The position numbers were made by a program, and so were the translations under genes. A DNA stretch of 64,000 nt from contig NC_086097.1 of the NCBI RefSeq assembly GCF_963921235.1, positions 17,980,001-18,044,000 on the forward strand, in the 5' to 3' direction. The notes beneath the pieces are model-generated. The model made no database searches, was not told the DNA's origin, and worked only from the letters and a program-made list of their open reading frames with translations. This document shows, one piece after another, positions 13,346 to 24,000 of this stretch. Each line of letters opens with the position of its first letter. Position 1 is the first letter of the stretch. Source of the stretch: Mobula hypostoma. Taxonomy: Eukaryota.

Positions 13346-15103
13346 GATATCCCATTAATAAGTCCTTCATCATTTTGCATTATGGTTAATGGCTTCCTAG
13401 TTCTTCATTATATAATACACAGTATGAACAATTCCCTTTCAACACTGTATTACAACAGCAAATTCAAAAACCTCTCCTCTGCTCTCACAGAATTTACAGG
13501 ACATGTAACTTGCACGGGGTCATCTGGAAGGCATCTAATGTACTTTATGTAATTAATTCACTCAGACTTATTTTTAATAAGGTAACTTGACAAAAATTTT
13601 AAGAGTTTATCTGTAGAAGCATGGAATAGAGAATAGATATTCAAGTTATGGCAAAACAAGTAACAAATGATCATTCCATGACTATTTCAAAATTTATTTT
13701 ACAAGTTAGCTCCTATTTGAAATTATATCAATTTAATCCTTTGTATTTTTATTTCCATATTTTGTCAGAATCGCATGGCTGAACTACAACAATTGTTCAA
13801 AAGATCGCATGGATGAACTACAATTGTTCATCCCAGTTTGGCAAAAGAATAAATTAAGGAAGGTAGTGCACCCATGGCTGACAAGGGAAATTAGGGATAG
13901 TATCAATTCCAAAGAAGAAGCATACAAATTAGCCAGAAAAAGTGGCTCACCTGAGGACCGGGAGAAATTCAGAGTTCAGCAAAGGAGGACAAAGGGCTTA
14001 ATTAGGAAAGGGAAAAAAGATTATGAGAGAAAACTGGCAGGGAACATAAAAACTGACTGTAAAAGCTTTTATAGATACGTGAAAAGAAAAAGATTGGTTA
14101 AGACAAATGTAGGTCCCCTACAGACAGAAAGAGGTGAATTGATTATAGGGAGCAAGGACATGGCAGACCAATTGAATAACTACTTTGGTTCTGTCTTCAC
14201 TAAAGAGGACATAAATCATCTTCTGGAAATAGTAGGGGACAGAGGGTCCAGTGAAATGGAGGAACTGAGGGAAATACATGTTAGTAGGGAAGTGGTGTTA
14301 GGTAAATTGAAGGGATGAAAGGCAGATAAATCCCCAGGGCCAGATGATCTGCATCCCAGAGTGCTTAAGGAAGTAGTCCAAGAAATAGTGGATGCATTAG
14401 TGATAATTTTTCAAAACTCTTTAGATTCTGGACTAGTTCCTGAGGATTGGAGGGTGGCTAATGTAACCCCACTTTTTAAAAAAGGAGGGAGAGAGACACC
14501 GGGGAATTATAGACCGGTTAGCCTAACATCGGTGGTGGGGAAACTGCTAGAGTCAGTTATCAAAGATGTGATAACAGTACATTTGGAAAGCGGTGAAATC
14601 ATCGGACAAAGTCAGCATGGATTTGTGAAAGGAAAATCATGTCTGACGAATCTCATAGAATCTTTTGAGGATGTAACTAGTAGAGTGGATAGGGGAGAAC
14701 CAGTGGATGTGGTATATTTGGATTTTCAAAAGGCTTTTGACAAGGTTCCACACAGGAGATTAGTGTGCAAACTTAAAGCACACGGTATTGGAGGTAAGGT
14801 ATTGATGTGGATAGAGAATTGGTTGGCAGACAGGAAGCAAAGAGTGGGAATAAACGGGACCTTTTCAGAATGGCAGGCAGTGACTAGTGGGGTACCGCAA
14901 GGCTCAGTGCTGGGACCCCAGTTGTTTACAATATATATTAATGACTTGGATGAGGGAATTAAATGCAGCATCTCCAAGCTTGTGTATGACACGAAGCTGG
15001 GTGGCAGTGTTAGCTGGGAGGAGGATGCAGGGTGACTTGGATAGGTTAGGTGAGTGGGCAAAGTCATGGCAGATGCAATTTAATGTGGATAGATGTGAGG
15101 TTA

Positions 15104-15240
15104 ACAACAGGAATTCTGCAGATGCTGGAAATTCAAGCAACACACATCAAAGTTGCTGGTGAACGCAGCAGGCCAGGCAGCATCTGTAGGAAGAGGTGCA
15201 GTCGACGTTTCAGGCCGAGACCCTTCGTCAGGACTCACTT
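15104..15240 (-). mobile_element. Short PLE pseudo-LTR insertion (hammerhead + tail) nested in a young CR1
   Basis: Near-identical to 18319-18451; 10-bp TSD TGTGAGGTTA at 15094-15103 and 15241-15250; interrupts CR1 ORF2. Confidence 0.9.
15200..15235 (-). ncRNA. Minimal type I hammerhead ribozyme
   Basis: 36-nt motif identical to 18416-18451. Confidence 0.78.
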
Positions 15241-16129
15241 TGTGAGGTTATCCACTTTGGTGGCAAAAACAGGAAAACAGATTATTATCTGAATGGTGGC
15301 AGATTAGGAAAAGGGGAGGTGCAACGAGACCTGGGTGTCTTTATACACCAGTCATTGAAAGTGGGCATGCAGGTACAGCAGGCAGTGAAAAAGGCGAATG
15401 GTATGCTGGCATTCATAGCGAGAGGATTCGAGTACAGGAGCAGAGAGGTACTACTGCAGTTGTACAAGGCCTTGGTGAGACCACACCTGGAGTATTGTGT
15501 GCAGTTTTGGTCCCCTAATCTGAGGAAAGACATCCTTGCCATAGAGGGAGTACAAAGAAGGTTCACCAGATTGATTCCTGGGATGGCAGGACTTTCATAT
15601 GAAGAAAGACTGGATGAATTGGGCTTATACTCGTTGGAATTTAGAAGATTGAGGGGGGATCTTATTGAAACGTATAAAATCCTAAAGGGATTGGACAGGC
15701 TAGATGCAGGAAGATTGTTCCCGATGTTGGGGAAGTCCAGAACGAGGGGGTCACAGTTTGAGGATAAAGGGGAAGCCTTTTAGGACTGAGATTAGGAAAA
15801 ACTTCTTCACACAGAGAGTGGTGAGTCTGTGGAATTCTCTGCCACAGGAAACAGTTGAGGCCAGTTCATTGGCTATATTTAAGAGGGAGTTAGATATGGC
15901 CCTTGTGGCTGAAGGGATCAGGGGGTATGGAGGGAAGGCTGGTACAGGGTTCTGAGTTGGATGATCAGCCATGATCATACTGAATGGCGGTGCAGGCTCA
16001 AAGGGCTGAATGGCCTACTCCTGCACCTATTTTCTATGTTTCTATGTCAGATAATGGAAATCACATGATGAAATTGATGTTACTGCCAAAGTTTCTGGAT
16101 TCACACAAGTTGTACAATTCACCCTCTGC

Positions 16130-17650
16130 ACATAGAACAGTAGAACACCCCCACAATGTTGTGCTGACCAATAGAAACACACTCCACAATCCTCCTAACA
16201 TTTTCTTCTCACACAACCTATAATGTTCTGTTCTTCTTACTTCCTCATGCCTAGTTAAGAGACTTAATTGTCCCTATTGTATCAGCCACCCCCAGCAGTA
16301 CATTTCAGGCACTCACCACTCTATGCAAAACTGCTCCCTAACCTTTTCTTCACTCATCTTATTGCCCTACAGTATTGGCCATTGCTGCCCTGGGAAAAAG
16401 GCACTTACTGTCCACTCTATCTACACCAAGTTGTTTCTATCCTCCTTCGCTCCAATGAAAACAGCCCAAGTTCACTCAATCTTTCCTCATCAACCATTCT
16501 CTGTCCAGGTTGCCTCCTGGTAAATCTCCTCTGTCCCCTCTCTAAGGCTTCCTTGTCCTTCCTAGGGTGACCAGCATTGAACGTAATTCCCATAGCAGTT
16601 AGCGTGATGCTATCACAGATCGGGGCATTCCAGAGTTCAATTCCAGCCCAATCTGCAAGGAGTTTGCAGGTGCTCCCCATGGAAGGCACAGGTTTTCCCC
16701 CAGGTCCTCACATAGTCCAAAGATGTACCAGGTAGGTTAACAGTCATTGAAATTGCCACAGAATTAGGTTAGGGTTGCACTGTATCTCTAAATTAGTAAA
16801 TCCAAATGTGGTCTAACCTGTGTTTATAGAGCCATATTACCTCACAACCCTGACCTCAATCCCCTGTCAAACCCAATGAAGGCCAGCACACCACCTACCT
16901 TCTTAACCACACCTTTATCAACTTCCAAGGCAACTTTGAGTAATTATGGAATTTGGCACCAAGATCCCTCTGTTCCTCCACACTGCAAAGAATCCTGCAT
17001 TAAACCTGTACTCTGCCAAAGCCTATCACTTCACATATTATGGGAATAAAATGCATCATCATAAACTATGAAAACCTTCTACACAATCCACAACATCTCC
17101 AACCTTTGTGTTATCTGCAAACTGAGAACCCACCCCTCCACTTCCCCAAGTCATTTATAACAAAAAAGACCCAGAGCAGATCCCTTCAGAACACCAGTAG
17201 AACCAACTTCCAGGCAGGCAGAATAGACTCCACCTCATGCCACAATTCCTATGCTTTGAGTCACTGAATGAGTTTAACATGGAAACCTTGCTAAACTTTA
17301 CTAAAATCCATATATACCACATCCAACACTTTACCTTCATCAATTTCTCCTGACACTTCCTTTGAGAAGCTCTATTATCCACTTGCCTGCTACTTGATCC
17401 GGTGTGGTGGAGGTTCCCCAACCTGGGGGCCACAGACTCCGCAGTTGAAGATCAAGGTCCATGGTATTTAAAAAAAAGAGTTAGGAACTCCTGTAGTATG
17501 GCTTCTCTTCTAGTTTGCCTATGCATATACTGTGTCAGGAATCCTTCCTAGACACAAATTTTACCTCATCTAAACCTTTTGCACTAAGGTGCCAATCATT
17601 ATTAAGGACATTGAAGTCACTCGTGCCAACAACCCTCTTATTTTTGTACC
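16130..17650 (-). mobile_element. Highly decayed CR1 fragments with a nested tRNA-derived SINE (~16590-16790)
   Basis: ALERGQRRFTR..ERLSELGLFSLERRR on the minus strand. Confidence 0.6.
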
Positions 17651-17779
17651 TTTCCAGAATTTGACTATTGGCTACTCAGGGTCCTTTTGGCTATTGGAGG
17701 GCCTATAGCAAATAGATACTAAAATGAAACCTCATGTCTCAGACTAAAATGGATTTAAGCACAAACATAGTTGTCTTAT

Positions 17780-17785
17780 TTTATT
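17780..17785 (-). terminator. Candidate polyadenylation signal (AATAAA) of NPC2-A
   Basis: AATAAA on the minus strand ~220 nt after the stop, in unique AT-rich sequence. Confidence 0.5.
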
Positions 17786-18004
17786 ATTGGTCCATGCAGG
17801 GTTAGTTTACAAAATTGATCTATATTAAAAGTCAAGAACATGTCACAGAATTTCTAAAAAAATGACATTATGAAATTACAAATTTGTTCAAGTTCTTAAA
17901 TGAAAATTGTTCTTTTGTACAGTTTGGCTTAATTTTCCATTGTGCAGTTGATTAAACAATCTTCAAAATGAAAAAAAAAATCAGCTGTTATTAGAGCTGG
18001 TGAT

Positions 18005-18091
18005 TTAGCTGGAAATCTCAATGGGAATCTCCCAACAGAAGATGTCTCTGTCCTTATCGTCCTGCAGCTGCCATTTAACCAGCAATTTAAC
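18005..18091 (-). CDS. NPC2: NPC2-A exon 4 (last coding exon)
   Basis: tccctgcag acceptor, [31 protein letters not shown]. Confidence 0.93.
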   Translation of the reverse strand, partial: VKLLVKWQLQDDKDRDIFCWEIPIEISS

Positions 18092-21000
18092 CTGCAGGGA
18101 TAGAAAGGAAATGCTGTCATATAAGCATATCACAAAGAACCATCTGCAACAATCAAAACTTTTCAATTTCATGCCTCACTCCATTGGTGACCTCACATAT
18201 TCAGAGACAACAGACACTTAACAGCTAAAACCATATCCGGTAACACTATTAAATGCACTAGCCATTTTCCAGAAAGTTCTGGAAATAATCACCAGTCTCC
18301 AACTGATAACGATATGGAAACAACAGGAATTCTGCAGATGCTGGAAATTCAAGCAACATACATCAAAGTTGCTGGTGAACGCAGCAGGCCAGGCAGCATC
18401 TATAGGAAGAGGCGCAGTCGACGTTTCAGGCCGAGACCCTTCGTCAGGACTAACTGAAGGAAGAGTGAGTAAGGGATTTGAAAGCTGGAGGGGGAGGGGG
18501 AGATGCAAAATGATAGGAGAAGACAGGAGGGGGAGGGATGGAGCCGAGAGCTGGACAGGTGATTGGCAGAAGGGGATACGAGAGGATCATGGGACAGGAG
18601 GTCCGGGAAGAAAGACGGGGGGGGGGGGTGACCCAGAGGATGGGCAAGAGGTATATTCAGAGGGACAGAGGGAGAAAAAGGAGCGTGAGAGAAAGAATGT
18701 GTGCATTAAAAAGAGTAACAGATGGGGTACGAGGGGGAGGTGGGGCCTAGCGGAAGTTAGAGAAGTCAATGTTCATGCCATCAGGTTGGAGGCTACCCAT
18801 ACGGAATATAAGGTGTTGTTCCTCCAACCTGAGTGTGGCTTCATCTTTACAGTAGAGGAGGCCGTGGATAGACATGTCAGAATGGGAATGGGATGTGGAA
18901 TTAAAATGTGTGGCCACTGGGAGATCCTGCTTTCTCTGGCGGACAGAGCGTAGATGTTCAGCAAAGCGGTCTCCCAGTCTGCGTCGGGTCTCACCAATAT
19001 ATAAAAGGCCACATCGGGAGCACCGGACGCAGTATATCACCCCAGTCGACTCACAGGTGAAGTGATGCCTCACCTGGAAGGACTGTTTGGGGCCCTGAAT
19101 GGTGGTAAGGGAGGAAGTGTAAGGGCATGTGTAGCACTTGTTCCGCTTACATGGATAAGTGCCAGGAGGGAGATCAGTGGGGAGGGATGGGGGGGACGAA
19201 TGGACAAGGGAGTTGTGTAGGGAGCGATCCCTGCGGAATGCAGAGAGAGGGGGGGAGGGAAAGATATGCTTAGTGGTGGGATCCCGTTGGAGGTGGCGGA
19301 AGTTACGGAGAATAATATGTTGGACCCGGAGGCTGGTGGGGTGGTAGGTGAGGACCAGGGGAACCCTATTCCTAGTGGGGTGGTGGGAGGATGGAGTGAG
19401 AGCAGATGTACGTGAAATGGGGGAGATGCGTTTAAGAGCAGAGTTGATAGTGGAGGAAGGGAAGCCCCTTTCTTTAAAAAATGAAGACATCTCCCTCGTC
19501 CTAGAATGAAAAGCCTCATCCTGAGAGCAGATGCGGCGGAGACGGAGGAATTGCGAGAAGGGGATGGCGTTTTTGCAAGAGACAGGGTGAGAAGAGGAAT
19601 AGTCCAGATAGTTGTGAGAGTCAGTAGGCTTATAGTAGACATCAGTGGATAAGCTGTCTCCAGAGACAGAGACAGAAAGATCTAGGAAGGGGAGGGAGGT
19701 GTCAGAAATGGACCAGGTAAACTTGAGGGCAGGGTGAAAGTTGGAGGCAAAGTTAATAAAGTCAACGAGTTCTGCATGCGTGCAGGGAGCAGCGCCAATG
19801 CAGTCGTCGATGTAGCGAAGGAAAAGTGGTGGACAGATACCAGAATAGGCACGGAACATAGATTGTTCCACAAACCCAACAAAAAGGCAGGCATAGCTAG
19901 GACCCATACGGGTGCCCATAGCTACACCTTTAGTTTGGAGGAAATGGGAGGAGCAAAAGGAGAAATTATTAAGAGTAAGGACTAATTCTGCTAGACGGAG
20001 CAGAGTGGTGGTAGAGGGGAACTGATTAGGTCTGGAATCCAAAAAGAAGCGTAGAGCTTTGAGACCTTCCTGATGGGGGATGGAAGTATATAGGGACTGG
20101 ACATCCAAGGTGAAAATAAAGCGGTGGGGGCCAGGGAACTTAAAATCATCGAAAAGTTTAAGAGCGTGAGAAGTGTCACGAACATAGGTCGGAAGGGATT
20201 GAACAAGGGGTGATAAAACAGTGTCGAGGTATGCAGAAACGAGTTCGGTGGGGCAGGAGCAAGCTGAGACAATAGGTCGGCCAGGACAGGCAGGTTTGTG
20301 GATCTTGGGTAGGAGGTAGAAACGGGAAGTGCGGGGTGTGGGAACTATAAGGTTGGTAGCAGTGGATGGGAGATCCCCTGAGCGGATAAAGTCGTTGATA
20401 GTGTGGGAGACAATGGCCTGGTGCTCCTTAGTGGGGTCACGATCGAGGGGTAAATAAGAGGAGGTATATGGGTTTGTTATTGTTACAGGTACTGATCCAG
20501 ACAGATCATGCCAAGCATAATTATGCAAGACAGTACAAAGAAAAAAGTATTGTGTAGCTTAATCTTGACATCCAAAAATCACAAGATTTATAACCACCAG
20601 AACCCCCGTTTGCCAGAATTTAACCTATGGCCTTAATTAATCCCCCCTCCCCACCACCAGAGATCACTGCAGACCCAACGAATTCAGAAACCACAACTAC
20701 CTGACAGAGGTTACAGTCTACAGTTTCCCCTTATTAATAGCTAAAGATGCCAAATGCAGAAGAGAAACCAGAACAGATGAGTGGGGTATAGTGAACAAAT
20801 AGTATCAGGACAGGGACCTCTAGCTATCAACAGCAAAAGGTGTTTTTCTTGTCCCCTCTGTTTCCCAAAAGAATTTTACACATTGCAAATCAGACTTTAG
20901 AAAGTTCAATTACTTTTCACTATTCTTTTATTTGTAGCAAGCAACTTGGGAAATCATTTACTCCTGACTCCCTTCTTCCATAAACACACACAATTGTTAA

Positions 21001-24000
21001 TTTTCTATTCCATGTATTTATGGCACAAAGGAGGTCTTTCAGTCCCATATGTCTGATCTCACCTTCCAACTCCAGGTCTAAAGCCTGTAGGTCATGGACC
21101 TCCAAACATTTTTTAAATTATGAAATTTTATGGCTCCACTGACCTTCAAGGAACCAAGTTCCAAATTCCCACCATCCATTCAGAAGAAATTTTATTCACT
21201 TGATCCCTGATCTTTCAACTAATTACTTTAAAATCTACAGCCGTTCCCCCCAACTCCTTTGCCAAGGGGTTATAATTATTCCATCAAGGCCAATTAATTA
21301 TGAACACATCAATCACACCTCTCTTCAGCTAATCTTTTCCAGCCTATCCGATCTTCCCTCATAGCTAATAGCTTTAGTGGGAAGAAATTCCACATTATGA
21401 GTAAGCCTGGCTACTCCTGCAGTTTTATAACACAGACCACAAGATATAAGACCAGAATTAGGCCATTCAGCCCATCGAGTCCACTCCACCATTTCATCAT
21501 GGCTGATCCCAGATCCCATTTGACCCCATACACCTGCCCACTCACTATATCCCCAGTCAACCAGGAATCTTTCAACATCCGCTTTAAAAACACCCACAGA
21601 CTTGGCCTCCACCAGTCCGTGGCAAAATATTCCACAGATTCACTTCGGCTTAAAAATCCTCCTTACCTCTGTTCTAAAAGGTCACCCCTCGATTTTGAGG
21701 TCTGCCCTCTAGTTTTGGATAACCCCACCAGAGGAAACATCCTCTCCACATCCACCTTATCAAGTCCTTTCAAATTTCAGTAGGTTTCAATGAGATCACT
21801 CCCCACCCCACCATTCTACAAAGCTGCCAAACACTCATGTTAATCCCTTCATTCCCGGAATCATCCTTGTGAACCTCCTCTGGACTCTATGACAACACAT
21901 CCTTTCTGAGATAAGGGACCCAAAACTGTCGACAACACTCCAACTGCAGTCTGACCAGTGTCTTATAAAGTTTCATCAATAACCTCTTGTTTCTATTCCC
22001 CTTGAAGGCAAATGCAATGTTGGCATTTATTTCTTTACCACAGACTCAACCTGCTAATTAACCTTCTGGGAGTCTTGCAGGAGGACTCTCAAGTCCCTCT
22101 GCACCTCTGATGTTTGAACCTTTTCCCCCATTTAGATAATAGTCTGCATTATTGTTCCTTTTACCAAAATGCATTATCACATATTTCCCAACATTTTAAT
22201 CCATCTGCCATTTTTTTGCCCATTCTTCTAATTTGTCCAAGTCCTGCTGCAATTGCATTGCCTCCTCATCACTACCTATACCCCTCCATCCATCTTTGTA
22301 GCATCCACGAACTTTGCCACAACCTCATCACTACACCTTGTTACAGTTTTTAAAAAGTTCAATCAAACTAATGATACGGGATTCCCCCCCCCCCCCAACA
22401 AAACCATGCTGACCATTTGACTGATCCATGGCTTTCCAAGTGCAACTTAATCTTTCTTGTTCTACAGAACATCATCTGATAACTTTGTTCCTGCTGACAT
22501 TAAGCTGGGCATTTAAGGACCTGGGAGTTTATTTCCATAGCCTCTTTTGAATAAAAACATCACATTTGCTGCCATTCAGTTATCAAACAATAGTTTGTCT
22601 ACCTGAACTTTCTCTGCAACTGTAATATTATTATCTGCATTCTAATTTCCTATTACTTCCTCAATGTGATTATGTATGGCATGGAAAACAGATGTTATTC
22701 TCTGTATCTAGGTGCACATGACTGTAATAAATCAATGGCTGATATCGCATCTGTGACTAGCAAAAATTTCAGAATCTGTCAGAGCCCCAGCAATTCCCCA
22801 TCCTCACCTCCCATTGAAGTTTTAAAATACATCTCATTAGTCTCTAGGACTCTGTCCACAGTTAACCTCTACCAGCCAAGAGTCACAGGAGTGAGGCTGC
22901 GGAAGTCGTGGTAAGGCAAGGATTACCTGGAGCAGTTTTAGTCAAGTGAGACCACCAGAGACACCTGTGCTTACTACAGCTGAGATAAACTGCAGCAAGA
23001 TGAGTGAAACCTTTCCTGAAAGATCTTCCTGAGGCATAGCCTCGATGTTGGGGGGGGTGGGGAGGTACTCAGATGAGTATCGGAGGGATGTGAAACATAC
23101 CCAACTATGGCTCTATTGTCTTTAACTTTGGTAGTCCTCTCAAAGTTTCCACTAACTGTTAAAACTTCTATTGTGAGTGGCGATTGATCTTGCAAGTTAA
23201 GAAATTCAAACTATACAATTTACAATGACCAATATCGGTAAATGATAAGCCAATTCTGAATAAAAATAGCAGTTTTCTGTTCAAATTTCAGACTAGTGTG
23301 TTCTCTCCTTGTGCACAAGTAAAATAAAAAGAATCTTAAGAATACATGTGTTCTGGGGCTAATTATTTCTACTTTGTTTTATTATCGGTAAAGAGTTACT
23401 TCGACAACGCTCAGCACATGTTGGTTGGATTCTGGGCAGCTGATGAATGTATACATTTCATGAGTTCCATCGTGAATTGGCAACATTTGTCATTTTTCTA
23501 GTATTCAGGAGAGGATAGATCCATTGGAAAGATCCCCAAACTGCATCCTTATTCCAAATGACTACATACATATGGTTAGTTGGCCCACAAGTTATTTAGC
23601 CTGACATTCAACAAGCACGCACATAAAGTCAGGACATTTCACTATCAATTCTGAGGATACTTACTGAGGGATATTCCTCTTTGATCTCCAAAGAATTGAT
23701 GTAGTTGTACTGCTGACCTACTCGAATAGGGCACTGAATTCCAGATTTACAACCATCATCATTAGGGAGATGGAAAGGAAGTGGAATGCCAGACAGGATA
23801 CCATGAACCACAGCTTTGCTCGTTTTGCTTGTAGTTACTGAAAGATAAGAAGTAGTTCAGTTAGAAAGATATTCCAATTTGGACACAAAAATAGCACAAC
23901 AAAAGCCCTATTCACAATCCAACTCTCCCACATCTCTGAGCTTGAGATAAAACAGGAGTGGGCAGAAATGAGGAGTTGGGGAGAAAATGGCCGTGCCCAT

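Larger units (their letters stand above)
13770..16046 (+). mobile_element. Young 5'-truncated CR1 LINE
   Basis: Long ORFs 13809-14318, 14361-15035 and 15196-15783 ([22 protein letters not shown]); (TTTCTATG)2 tail; TSD TGTCAGA at 13763-13769 and 16045-16051. Confidence 0.92.
18318..20465 (-). mobile_element. Penelope-like retroelement (RT + GIY-YIG endonuclease), 5'-truncated, with 3' pseudo-LTR; in NPC2-A intron 3, sense
   Basis: Uninterrupted ORF with [38 protein letters not shown] (RT) and [18 protein letters not shown] (GIY-YIG); ATATGG target duplication at 18312-18317 and 20466-20471. Confidence 0.93.

Noticed and set aside
1-17700. A third NPC2 copy or another host gene downstream of NPC2-A
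   Set aside because: No NPC2-like exons or other non-TE coding signatures found; the recognisable ORFs are Gypsy/CR1 or their antisense frames.
20466-20545. Possible cryptic acceptor (CAG at 20494-20492) that would fuse NPC2-A exon 2 in frame to the PLE RT-GIY-YIG ORF
   Set aside because: The frame is compatible, but the pyrimidine tract is ~35 nt from the AG and the site is weak; unsupported without a 30286->20491 junction read.
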